Shown here in pieces: positions 9,117-17,831 of a stretch of 64,000 nucleotides of DNA. The position numbers and the translations under genes were made by a program. The stretch lies in contig DBQS01000016.1 of assembly GCA_002305355.1 (NCBI GenBank), positions 36,279-100,278 on the forward strand. Direction: 5' to 3'. The notes beneath the pieces are model-generated. The model saw only the letters and a list, made by a program, of their open reading frames with translations. It ran no database searches and was not told the origin of the DNA. The stretch is from Patescibacteria group bacterium UBA1388. GTDB lineage: Bacteria; Patescibacteriota; Microgenomatia; UBA1400; PJMF01. The number at the start of each line of letters is the position of its first letter. The stretch's first letter is position 1.

Positions 9117-10161
9117 AAGATTCAATCTTTTGCAGATTAATTTCATCGGCAATAATGTGTGGCGAGCGCCTGGTTTTGGCACTAAGCTTAAAAATCTGGT
9201 CAAGCTCAGTGGCAATTGCATCCAGCTTTTTCATCATTCTGCGATGACTACGACGTGGGAACTCATACTCATCAACAACACTCATTAAACCACCGGCATT
9301 GATAATGTAGTCTGGGGTATAAAGAATATGACGCTCAAAAAGTAGATCTCCCATTTCTGAGGATGACAACTGATTGTTGGCGCCACCCGCTACTAATTGA
9401 CACTGCAGTTGCTTAACTGTTTTTTGATTAATACTACCGTACATAGCACATGGCACAAATACATCTACTGGCAAAGTAGCAATCGCTTCAGGTTTTACCA
9501 ATTCCACACGAGGATAAATTTTTTTAATGTTGGAAGTCACACTTTCTAAAACATCAGTCGCATAAATTTTTTCTGCCTCTGAGTAAAGTTGGCTGAGAAC
9601 TCCTGATCCAATTTTTCCCAAACCCTGAATGGCAAAACTCCTCTGATGCATTTCGTCATCACCAAAAACATGTTTCAAGCCCACTTTTAAGCCTTTAATA
9701 ATACCTGCCACAGTGTACTTCACAGGGTCAATTTCTCCGCCCACAACGTGTGAACTCAATTTCTTCAATTGCCGTACTTGCTGCCGACTCATGCCAATAT
9801 CTGCCCCGGTAATGAACATCCCAGCCAATAAATTAATCTGCTCCGCGTATGCTGCGGCCATGCGTGCTGTAAATTCTTCTGGGTGAGCAATAATCACAGC
9901 TTTTGCGCCACCATAAGATAAATTTCCAGCAGCTGATTTAAAAGACATTGTTTTCGATAAACGTAATACATCCCTCAGGGCTTCGACACGACTTGCATAG
10001 GGATAAATTCTAGTTGCCCCAAAAGACTTAAGTTTTTTTGAGCCACGATGAATGGCAATAAATCCTTCTAATTGTTGAGACGGTTGATTAAAGTAATGCA
10101 CGACTCGGTGTTGGTCATATTCCTCAAGATCGAGATTTGCTGTCAAACTGTTTTTTTTCAT
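9106..10161 (-). CDS. Glu/Leu/Phe/Val dehydrogenase family (leucine/phenylalanine dehydrogenase-like, NAD-dependent).
   Basis: IAIHRGS...GATRIYPYASRVEALRDVLRLSKTMSFKSAAGNLSYGGAKAVII, IQGLGKIG, DVFVPCAMYG, LVAGGANNQL and YTPDYIINAGG align motif-for-motif with Bacillus LeuDH. Both catalytic Lys positions are present. Confidence 0.85.
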   Translation of the reverse strand: MKKNSLTANLDLEEYDQHRVVHYFNQPSQQLEGFIAIHRGSKKLKSFGATRIYPYASRVEALRDVLRLSKTMSFKSAAGNLSYGGAKAVIIAHPEEFTARMAAAYAEQINLLAGMFITGADIGMSRQQVRQLKKLSSHVVGGEIDPVKYTVAGIIKGLKVGLKHVFGDDEMHQRSFAIQGLGKIGSGVLSQLYSEAEKIYATDVLESVTSNIKKIYPRVELVKPEAIATLPVDVFVPCAMYGSINQKTVKQLQCQLVAGGANNQLSSSEMGDLLFERHILYTPDYIINAGGLMSVVDEYEFPRRSHRRMMKKLDAIATELDQIFKLSAKTRRSPHIIADEINLQKIESYEE

Positions 10162-10229
10162 AGGTATTGTTAAAAAGTTTGCGACAACGTTTACTTGCTT
10201 TTTCTACCCCTAATCAGTATGCTTGGCTC

Positions 10230-10691
10230 ATGAACACATCTATTGCAACTTCAAACCCAATCGATTCGCCTCAATCTGCCAATAACAGTTATCCTACTAC
10301 AAAAAATGCAAATAGCAAAAATGGGAAGAAAATTTTGATAGCAGATGACGAACAATATATTCGGGAACTTTATGAAGAAGTATTAAGCAGTGAAGGATAC
10401 TCTGTTGAGGGAGTTTCCGATGGTAAAACAGCTCTGGAAAAAATTTCAGAGGGAGGGTGGGATCTAATTACTCTTGATGTAATTATGCCCAAGCTCGATG
10501 GCTTGGGAATCCTTACAAAACTTGAGGAAACTCCACCAAAAAAGAAAAATGGACCAATCATTTTGCTTACTAGTCTTGCCAATGACCCCGCCGTTCTAGA
10601 AGCTCAAAAAAAAGGTGCCACTCAAGTCATCATCAAAACTGATATTACTCCTAAGCAGTTGGTGGATCTGGTTAAAAAACAGATTGGTTAA
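10230..10691 (+). CDS. Single-domain response regulator (CheY-like receiver).
   Basis: KKILIADDEQYIRELYEEVL...LITLDVIMPKLDG...KKGATQVIIK. The ORF track starts at TTG 10167; ATG 10230 is the more likely start. Confidence 0.7.
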   Translation: MNTSIATSNPIDSPQSANNSYPTTKNANSKNGKKILIADDEQYIRELYEEVLSSEGYSVEGVSDGKTALEKISEGGWDLITLDVIMPKLDGLGILTKLEETPPKKKNGPIILLTSLANDPAVLEAQKKGATQVIIKTDITPKQLVDLVKKQIG

Positions 10692-10771
10692 GTAACACTG
10701 ATTATTTTAAAAATTTTTGCTGGAAATTTGGTACACTCGCTAGCTTGCTATAAATCAAAGACAAACAAATC

Positions 10772-11827
10772 TTATCTCGCGCCTACTGAGCCAATCAAAC
10801 CATAAATTGGAGCGATGATCGCCATCATCATCCCTCCCACCGCCAGTCCCACAAAAACAAGCAAGAGCGGTTCTAGCATAGCTGTCATTTTCTTTACAGA
10901 CTTACTCACCTTATAATCCATATTCTCAGATACATTTTGCATTGCTTCCTCAAGCGTGCCACTCTTCTCACCAACTTCCATTAACTTAATCATAATGCCA
11001 GGAATAATGTTCTGCTTGCTTTGTAAACCATGAGAAAAAGGATGACCAGCAACAGCTTGCTCTCGAGCTTGATCCACCAAATCTCTGACTTCTTTTTTTA
11101 AAATTACCTCCTGAGCAAGTTCTAATGAGGTGGTGATAGGGATACCAGAAGAAAGAAGTAAATGTAAACTCCGACTAAATCTGGTGATATCGATTTCACG
11201 AATTAGCTTAGAAACTCCAGGAAATGAAAATGCTATTTGTAAGATAAACTCACGTTTGGTTTGATACAAAACAAAAATAATCATCACTAACAACGCTACA
11301 ATTCCGAGTACAATTTGCCAATTGCCAGTCAAAGCGTTGGAAGTAAAGATTAATGCTTTCGTCGCCATTGGAAGAGTGACATTCAACCTTGTAAATACAG
11401 TTGAAATACGAGGAATAACAAACAATAACATACCCAACAACACGCCAATAAAAACAATCATCACGACAATCGGATAAAACATGGCTGACTTCACACCGTC
11501 AATGAATTCCATTTCTTTTTTAATATTCCCCTGCAAATCGTACAATGTTTCTTCAAGTGTACCTGCTTCTTCAGCGGCTTTAATCAAACTCACTGTGACT
11601 TTGTCGAAAGTATAAGGATATCTAGAAAAAGAGTCGGAAATTTGTTTGCCTGCAGAAATATCTTCACGCAAGGACAGTAAAATCTTTCTTTGGTTTCCTT
11701 TTGCTTCTGCGAGCAACGAGTCGACTGTTTCTGAAATAGGGATACCAGCCGACAACATCGTTTTTAAATTAGCGATTAAGCTAATTTTTTCCTCTTGCGC
11801 TAATCTAACTCTGCCGAATCCAAACAT
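10772..11827 (-). CDS. pilC: Type IV pilus assembly platform protein PilC / GspF family.
   Basis: Polytopic protein with two GspF-type repeats (GTLEETLYDLQ ... MFYPIVVMIVFIGVLLGMLLFVIPR). Lies 3 nt downstream of pilB. Confidence 0.85.
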   Translation of the reverse strand: MFGFGRVRLAQEEKISLIANLKTMLSAGIPISETVDSLLAEAKGNQRKILLSLREDISAGKQISDSFSRYPYTFDKVTVSLIKAAEEAGTLEETLYDLQGNIKKEMEFIDGVKSAMFYPIVVMIVFIGVLLGMLLFVIPRISTVFTRLNVTLPMATKALIFTSNALTGNWQIVLGIVALLVMIIFVLYQTKREFILQIAFSFPGVSKLIREIDITRFSRSLHLLLSSGIPITTSLELAQEVILKKEVRDLVDQAREQAVAGHPFSHGLQSKQNIIPGIMIKLMEVGEKSGTLEEAMQNVSENMDYKVSKSVKKMTAMLEPLLLVFVGLAVGGMMMAIIAPIYGLIGSVGAR

Positions 11828-11830
11828 GCC

Positions 11831-13525
11831 CTACTCCATTTCAGTCTTGGTCACTCTTAATACTTCTTCAATCGTGGTCATGCCCTTAGTAATTTTTTCA
11901 ATTCCATCATCAAACATGCTAGTTAATCCCTCTTTGAGGGCTTGTTCACTTATCGCATCTGCATCTGCTTTTTTGGCAATTAATTCTCGCAAATCCTTGG
12001 AAACTTCCAGAACTTCATAAATTCCAATTCTGCCCTTATAACCAGTGTTATGACACACTCGGCACCCTTGACCTCGATAAACTCTAACTTCTTTTTTATC
12101 ACCTACGGGAATGTAGTGTTTATTAATCGTTTCGAGAGAAAGATATTTTTGCAACTCTGTCACTGGTATTGTTTCTGAAACTCGACAATGTGGGCAGATC
12201 CTTCTCACCAGTCTTTGAGCTACAATCACATGCACCGTACCAGCTACTAAAAATGGCTCAACCTTCATATCAAATAACCGAGGCAACGAGGAAACTGCAT
12301 TGTTCGTGTGCAAGGTTGAGAAAACAAGATGTCCAGTCAAAGCCGCATTGATCGCAATGGCAGCGGTCTCATTGTCCCTAATTTCTCCCACAAATATGTA
12401 ATCAGGATCCTGTCTTAATAGGGACCTCAGACCATTGGCAAAAGTTAAATTTGTTTTTTCATTGACTTGCACCTGATTAGCACCTTTAATCCTATACTCA
12501 ACTGGATCTTCAATACTGGTGAGATTAGTTTCCCGCGTGTTGATCGTTTTTAGAATTGAGTAAATAGTAGTCGTTTTTCCAGATCCAGTTGGGCCGGTCA
12601 CCAAAATCATGCCGTCAGTTCTGGCAGCTGCCTTTTTAATTTTTACCAAATCTGTTTCATTAATACCTAGCTCTTCCAAAGAATAAGACCTAGCTTGAGA
12701 TGTCAACAGTCTCATCACAACTTTTTCGCCTTCTGCAATGGGAATTATTGAAACACGCAAGTCCAGTCGCTCTCCGTTAATATCCATTTTAATTTTACCG
12801 TCTTGTGCCGCTAAGTGCTGATCAGTTCTTAAGCTTGATAAAACTTTAATTCTAGTCACAATTCTACCGAGCAAGTCTTTAGGCAGACTGGCAATGTCAT
12901 GTAAAATCCCGTCAATCCTAAATCTGACCAACACCTCATCTTCATTGGGTTCAATATGAATATCTGATGCATGCTCTAAATAAGCAGCTTTAATCACTTC
13001 ATCGACCAATTTTTTAACGGGTGGATCGTGAGCAACTGTGCGCATCACTCTTCCATCTGCTTCATTCAGTAACTTACTAAATATTTCCTGAAAATCGGTG
13101 TGATAATTTAATAAGGTTTGATTTAAATCTTGTTCAGTAGCAAAAAAGATTTTGACTTGTTTGCCTGTTTTTTGGGCTACTAGTTTGGGTAAAATTTGAT
13201 TCTTAAAATCGGCTGTGGCAATACTGACATACTTTTCATCTTCTGCAAAAGTCACCATTTTATGACGTTTTGCTACCTCCTCAGGCATAATGTTCATCGT
13301 TTCATCAGAAATATTTTGTTTACTCAATTCAACAAATGGCACTTTAATTACTTCGGCAACTAACTTTCCCATAGCCTGATCGGTGGTATATCCTTTTTCA
13401 ACCAAACCATCCCAAAGACTCACATCTGTCTCTTCTGCAAATTTAGCGATTTTTTTGAGATCTGTGCGGCTGATAATTTTTTTAGCCAACAACAAATTGC
13501 TGAGTTGGGCATCAGTGAGTTGCAT
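11831..13525 (-). CDS. pilB: Type IV pilus assembly ATPase PilB / GspE family.
   Basis: GspE N-terminal domain, Walker A GMILVTGPTGSGKTTT, Walker B/Asp box and the C-terminal CxxC...CxxC zinc tetrad (CPHCR...CRVCHNTG). Confidence 0.9.
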   Translation of the reverse strand: MQLTDAQLSNLLLAKKIISRTDLKKIAKFAEETDVSLWDGLVEKGYTTDQAMGKLVAEVIKVPFVELSKQNISDETMNIMPEEVAKRHKMVTFAEDEKYVSIATADFKNQILPKLVAQKTGKQVKIFFATEQDLNQTLLNYHTDFQEIFSKLLNEADGRVMRTVAHDPPVKKLVDEVIKAAYLEHASDIHIEPNEDEVLVRFRIDGILHDIASLPKDLLGRIVTRIKVLSSLRTDQHLAAQDGKIKMDINGERLDLRVSIIPIAEGEKVVMRLLTSQARSYSLEELGINETDLVKIKKAAARTDGMILVTGPTGSGKTTTIYSILKTINTRETNLTSIEDPVEYRIKGANQVQVNEKTNLTFANGLRSLLRQDPDYIFVGEIRDNETAAIAINAALTGHLVFSTLHTNNAVSSLPRLFDMKVEPFLVAGTVHVIVAQRLVRRICPHCRVSETIPVTELQKYLSLETINKHYIPVGDKKEVRVYRGQGCRVCHNTGYKGRIGIYEVLEVSKDLRELIAKKADADAISEQALKEGLTSMFDDGIEKITKGMTTIEEVLRVTKTEME

Positions 13526-13566
13526 ACTTTTATCATATACTAAAAATTAACTAAAATGAAACTTTT

Positions 13567-14643
13567 GTTAGTCGCACATACTTTTCGGAAAATTGGTTGT
13601 AATAAATTGCACTGGTGATTGATAATTTAGTGCCATATGTGGTCGCTTGGTGTTGTACCAAGCTAAGTACTTAGTTAGTTTAACTTGGAAAGTGTTTAAG
13701 TCATAGTAGATCTCATCATTTCTGTTAATAAACTCTTCTTGGATGGTTCTGTTAAATCTTTCAACAACACCATTAATTTTGGGTGATCTAGGATAAATAA
13801 ATTGATGTTTAATTTTTTGCTTCTCCAGATACTGGTGAAATGTTTTAAAAAATTCTGACCCGTTGTCTGTTTGGACTGTATAAACTTGATGAGGCAAAAT
13901 ATTTTGGAATTCCTGAAAAGTAATTTTAGCTTGCAAGCTAGAGAGAGTGCTAACTTTCCTGACATGAGCTAGCTTTGTAAAGATATCGATACAACACATG
14001 AAGTTGTGTCGAGTGTTGTCGATATACACCACCACAGAGTCCATTTCGATATATCCTGGTTTAGTAACCTTAGGAGATCTTCTTGATCTATCTTTAGATA
14101 ATTTATTCTTTCTCTTAACTCTTCTTGGTGGATCAAAGAATAAGTTTCTTCTCCTAATCACTTTAGAAATAGTTCGACTGCTAATTGAGGGTATATTAAG
14201 CTCACCAGCATATTCATCTAAAAAGATCTTGAGTTTTCTTTCTCCAATGTTGCCATGCTGCTCTCTAAACTCACGAATAAACTGAACTAATCTCCAATCA
14301 GTCGTCATCTGTCTAACTCTCTTGGGACGAGTCTTCTTAGGTACCAGTGATAACAGAGCTTTTCCAGATTCTTCATACTTTCTTTTCCAGTCATACAAGG
14401 TAGATTTGCCAATCTTGAATGCTTGAATAGCTGATTTGTAGCCATATTTGTAGTAGTGATCTAGCACGTGGAGTCTAAACTTGGCAGGATCTGATTTATC
14501 AAAGTTAAGTGAGTTTTCAAGTGTCTTCATCAACCAATCATACTGATTGTTATATGAAAACAACTCAATATTTCGTCTAATCCCAACTCCTTGTTTAACT
14601 TTCACGACTATCTTTCCATTCCGGAAAGTATCGTGCGACATTC
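13567..14643 (-). mobile_element. IS481-family-like insertion sequence (1077 bp) with imperfect terminal inverted repeats and a 7-bp target-site duplication, AACTTTT.
   Basis: IRL is GTTAGTCGCACATACTTTTCGGAA (13567-). IRR, as the reverse complement of 14620-14643, is GAATGTCGCACGATACTTTCCGGAA. AACTTTT occurs at 13560-13566 and again at 14644-14650. A single transposase ORF fills the element. Confidence 0.75.
13568..14641 (-). CDS. DDE transposase (rve integrase core) with an N-terminal HTH, IS481-like.
   Basis: YIEMDSVVVYID...VQTDNGSEFF...INGVVERFNRT forms the D, D, E triad of the rve domain. The start codon lies inside the IR. Confidence 0.85.
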   Translation of the reverse strand: MSHDTFRNGKIVVKVKQGVGIRRNIELFSYNNQYDWLMKTLENSLNFDKSDPAKFRLHVLDHYYKYGYKSAIQAFKIGKSTLYDWKRKYEESGKALLSLVPKKTRPKRVRQMTTDWRLVQFIREFREQHGNIGERKLKIFLDEYAGELNIPSISSRTISKVIRRRNLFFDPPRRVKRKNKLSKDRSRRSPKVTKPGYIEMDSVVVYIDNTRHNFMCCIDIFTKLAHVRKVSTLSSLQAKITFQEFQNILPHQVYTVQTDNGSEFFKTFHQYLEKQKIKHQFIYPRSPKINGVVERFNRTIQEEFINRNDEIYYDLNTFQVKLTKYLAWYNTKRPHMALNYQSPVQFITTNFPKSMCD

Positions 14644-15923
14644 AACTTTTTATCACCCAAAAATCCAGTTACTTCTGGTCTAATTATTTCTTTTTGAATT
14701 AACAAACCAGACGTCACGGTAAACAATCCATAACGATCATTCAAAGTATCAACTGCCTGAGAGATTTGTTCTTGTTGCCACCAACCCGGAAACCAGCAGT
14801 CTTGAATTTCAGACCATGGTTTGAGCAAAGACACGCCAACGTGCAATCTAATCACTGGAAATTGATTTCGCCAATTGGGGTATAACTGATACTTAATTAA
14901 ATCAAACATTTCGCTGACGTGTCGAACATAATATTTCAGGGTAAGATGATCTGCCCAAAACTGATGATTGCCAGCCAATGAACAAAAAACCAAACGACCC
15001 GCCAACTTCATTTTACGTAATTTATAAATTACTTCCTCTGAAAGATTATAAAGTGTGGACATAATCAAATCTTGGCTGCTGCTCAACCTGTATCCAGTGA
15101 TTGAGCGACTGACACTTTTCATGTAGGGTAAGTCATTTGCCAAGCGTTTTAAAAACAGCGGTTCTTCACCACGACCCATTTTACGCAGTTCATCACTCCA
15201 AAAAGGACCAAACATCGATCTTAAAACTTCAGTGGGAATAAAATTAATTTGATAAGGTACAGTTACTCCAATTCTGCCAAGACGCTTCGCTAAACGTGGA
15301 CCAATTCCGCAAACGTCTTTAAACTGAGTTTGAGCTAATATAAGCGCTTTGTTTGCTGCTGTAACTTGCCGCACGCTACCCTTTGGCGCAGTTTCACCAA
15401 CCATTTTAGCTAAAAATCGATTCTCCGCGATCCCAATATTGCAGGTCACCCACTCTCCTAAAATTGATTTAACTTTATCTTGAATTTTCAAGGCAAAATT
15501 ATATGGTGAATCGTATAATTTTTGAATCTGAGCATAATCAATAAAAACTTCATCTAAAGAAAATACTTCTGTGCTGGGACTAAGCTGATCAAACAACTCC
15601 TTCAAGCGCTTGGTAGCCGAGAAATACATTTCAAAAGCGGCTGGCATCTCAACTAAGTCAGGAGCAAGCTGGTATGCCTCTGCTAAAGAACAACCGGTAC
15701 CAATACCTTTTAATTTTGCCTCTTTGGAAGCAGCAATCACACAACTTCTACCCAATTCTTTTACAACCACCACCGGCTTATTGCGCAAAGCGGGTGTTTC
15801 CTGTTGGAGAAGGGTGGCAAAGTAAGAATTAATATCAATGTGCAGTACAACTTGTTGTTTCAGATGGTTAAGTTCATTCACACCATACCTCCGCCAATTC
15901 CCACACCTCTTCACTCCGGTCAA
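14595..15923 (-). CDS. Y-family DNA polymerase (DinB/UmuC-like translesion polymerase). The 3' end was rewritten by the IS insertion.
   Basis: VVLHIDINSYFA and SLDEVFIDY match the DinB HVDMDCFFA and SLDEAYLD motifs. The last 16 codons (LNVARYFPEWKDSRES) are encoded by the IS terminus; the pre-insertion reading would end ...GDKKFHFS*. Confidence 0.8.
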   Translation of the reverse strand: MTGVKRCGNWRRYGVNELNHLKQQVVLHIDINSYFATLLQQETPALRNKPVVVVKELGRSCVIAASKEAKLKGIGTGCSLAEAYQLAPDLVEMPAAFEMYFSATKRLKELFDQLSPSTEVFSLDEVFIDYAQIQKLYDSPYNFALKIQDKVKSILGEWVTCNIGIAENRFLAKMVGETAPKGSVRQVTAANKALILAQTQFKDVCGIGPRLAKRLGRIGVTVPYQINFIPTEVLRSMFGPFWSDELRKMGRGEEPLFLKRLANDLPYMKSVSRSITGYRLSSSQDLIMSTLYNLSEEVIYKLRKMKLAGRLVFCSLAGNHQFWADHLTLKYYVRHVSEMFDLIKYQLYPNWRNQFPVIRLHVGVSLLKPWSEIQDCWFPGWWQQEQISQAVDTLNDRYGLFTVTSGLLIQKEIIRPEVTGFLGDKKLNVARYFPEWKDSRES

Positions 15924-16119
15924 AAATTAAACGATAATTATTACCCTGTGACATGACCGAGTATTGACGTTTGCTGATTTGGCTATCACGAATTTCCGAA
16001 ATAAAAGTTACCCTATCCACTGCATAAATCCTTCCTTGCCACTCAAATTTTCTAGGAATAAAATGGGCTTTTTTATAGACACCAACCACATTAATCCGCT
16101 CGCCAATAACCTGGTACAT
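15874..16119 (-). CDS. Hypothetical 81-aa protein immediately upstream of, and overlapping, the Y-family polymerase gene.
   Basis: ORF only. Position suggests a co-transcribed accessory gene (YolD-like is speculative). Confidence 0.3.
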   Translation of the reverse strand: MYQVIGERINVVGVYKKAHFIPRKFEWQGRIYAVDRVTFISEIRDSQISKRQYSVMSQGNNYRLIFDRSEEVWELAEVWCE

Positions 16120-16386
16120 ATCAATTTTCTTTCTTCAATCTGTTGAACGTATTTGTCAAAAGAGTAGAAAAAAACCCGAATATTAGCAAGAGGTATAAAT
16201 AGATCATTCATAACCAAATGCGTGGGTTTTCTTCGGTAAAAATTAAATAAAATCACGATTCTTTAGCAGATTACTTCCATAGATAGTCGTCCAAAAAATA
16301 ATCCGCTTTTATAAACAATTCCTCTCTTAATATATAAACCTAATCTACAAGTCTAGAGAAGATACCGTAAACAGCGCGTCAATTTC

Positions 16387-16416
16387 TTACAAAACACTTA
16401 CTGAAGCTGATACAAT
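16387..16416 (+). promoter_or_regulatory. Candidate sigma70-type promoter with extended -10 (TTACAA-18-TGaTACAAT) for the ccdA-like gene. Implies a leaderless or near-leaderless transcript.
   Basis: TTACAA at 16387-16392 and TGATACAAT at 16408-16416. The ATG lies at 16423, 7 nt after the -10. Confidence 0.3.
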
Positions 16417-16422
16417 GAAGAA

Positions 16423-17175
16423 ATGCTTACTTTCCCACTTGATGGTTCGCACGTTAATTTGAGCATTGCTTTTGTGGCTGGTTTCGTTACTTTTTTCGCA
16501 TCTTGTTTGCTGCCTCTAATACCCACCTATTTAGCTTATTTATCTGGAATTGCAATTAATGACCAATTAGACCAGTCAACTAAACCTAAGCGCTGGCTAA
16601 TAATCAAAGCCGCGGTGTTGTTTGTGTTAGGTTTTGTCACCATTTTCACAATCTTGGGTCTGGCTTTAATCGGCATTCAAACATGTACTAATGGCTATCG
16701 GGCAATAATGCAACGCTTGGCTGGTCTGTTATTCATAATTTTGGGTTTATTTATGTTAGGTATTTTTCGATTACCTTGGTTCAATCAAGATCATCGGTTA
16801 TCAATTCACCAAACTATTACTAAACATAAAAACTTGCATGCGCTAGCAATGGGAGTGGCATTTGGGTTTGGTTGGACACCCTGCATTGGACCAGTATTAG
16901 CAGTAATTTTATTTTGGGCCAGTCAGAGTACTTCACAATGGCAAGGCATCCTTCTTTTGGTTACCTATGGTTTAGGCTTGGGTTTGCCCTTTATTTTGAT
17001 CGCGGCAGCATTTGAAAAAGTATTCCCATTTATTAAAAAATCACGTCAACTGAGCTATTACTTGAACATTGTCGCCGCCATCATCATTGTCCTCGTGGGG
17101 GGATTATTACTCACAAATCAATTTCATGCTTTTTCTGGTTATCTACTAAAAGCCCTCAAATTATCTAGTCTTTAA
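16423..17175 (+). CDS. ccdA: CcdA/DsbD-family thiol-disulfide transporter (cytochrome c biogenesis-type).
   Basis: Six TM helices with Cys in TM1 (FFASCLLPLIPTY) and the conserved GWTPCIGPVLA motif. Confidence 0.7.
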   Translation: MLTFPLDGSHVNLSIAFVAGFVTFFASCLLPLIPTYLAYLSGIAINDQLDQSTKPKRWLIIKAAVLFVLGFVTIFTILGLALIGIQTCTNGYRAIMQRLAGLLFIILGLFMLGIFRLPWFNQDHRLSIHQTITKHKNLHALAMGVAFGFGWTPCIGPVLAVILFWASQSTSQWQGILLLVTYGLGLGLPFILIAAAFEKVFPFIKKSRQLSYYLNIVAAIIIVLVGGLLLTNQFHAFSGYLLKALKLSSL

Positions 17176-17266
17176 ATCTAAGCAAACAATGTCACTGGGT
17201 AACGAAACAATACGAATCTACCTTTCAAAAGTGTGGTGATAGTAAAAATGTTACATTTAGCACTCG

Positions 17267-17295
17267 TTGACATTATTTGCCAATTTTGCTACTAT
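17267..17295 (+). promoter_or_regulatory. Sigma70-like promoter TTGACA-17-TACTAT upstream of the Hsp20 gene. A strong SD (AAAGGAGAGG) follows at 17331-17340.
   Basis: TTGACA at 17267-17272, a 17-nt spacer, TACTAT at 17290-17295, then the ATG at 17344. Confidence 0.5.
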
Positions 17296-17343
17296 TTAGC
17301 CAAGTAGTAAGTTGATCGCTGTCAAAGCGGGAAAGGAGAGGTC

Positions 17344-17766
17344 ATGTCAATCATTCGGTGGAATCCTGCGATTAGCGCGCTCGGTCGTTGGCCCAACATC
17401 TGGGATGAAGAAGATTTTCCAACCTTCAACAGAGCGAATAATCTTGATGTATACGAAACTCAAGACGAAGTTGTAGTGAAAGCAAACGTAGCGGGAGTTC
17501 CAGCAGAGAAAGTAGATGTCACTTATGACAAAGGCGTGCTATGGATTCAAGCCAATGCTGAAGAATCATCTGAAGAAGACAAAAAGCATTACAGTCGTTC
17601 TTCATGGAGCTATTCTTACAAAGTAGCCGTACCAGGTGAAATTGATGAGAATCTTGACCCAGCTGCGGAAGTTGAGGATGGAGTGATTAAAGTCACATTT
17701 AAAAAATCGCCAGCTTCAAAACCCAAAAAGTTGCAGGTCTCACAAAAAGGAAAAAGCAAGTCTTGA
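17344..17766 (+). CDS. Small heat-shock protein (Hsp20/alpha-crystallin family).
   Basis: Alpha-crystallin domain LDVYETQDEVVVKANVAGVPAEKVDVTYDKGVLWIQA...GVIKVTFKK. Confidence 0.85.
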   Translation: MSIIRWNPAISALGRWPNIWDEEDFPTFNRANNLDVYETQDEVVVKANVAGVPAEKVDVTYDKGVLWIQANAEESSEEDKKHYSRSSWSYSYKVAVPGEIDENLDPAAEVEDGVIKVTFKKSPASKPKKLQVSQKGKSKS

Positions 17767-17785
17767 TATCAAGACTTGCTTTTTT
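17756..17785 (+). terminator. Rho-independent terminator for the Hsp20 gene.
   Basis: Perfect 11-bp stem GCAAGTCTTGA / TCAAGACTTGC with a 2-nt loop, followed by TTTTTT (17780-17785). The stem overlaps the stop codon. Confidence 0.7.
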
Positions 17786-17831
17786 AAAACCGTTACGCAA
17801 CATGATCAGCTGCTGTAAGTTTGGTTGTGTT

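Noticed and set aside
17255-17263. Exact left arm of the HrcA CIRCE operator (TTAGCACTC) just upstream of the Hsp20 -35 box.
   Set aside because: The required right arm (GAGTGCTAA after a 9-nt spacer) is absent. A single 9-mer can occur by chance, so it is not called as an operator.
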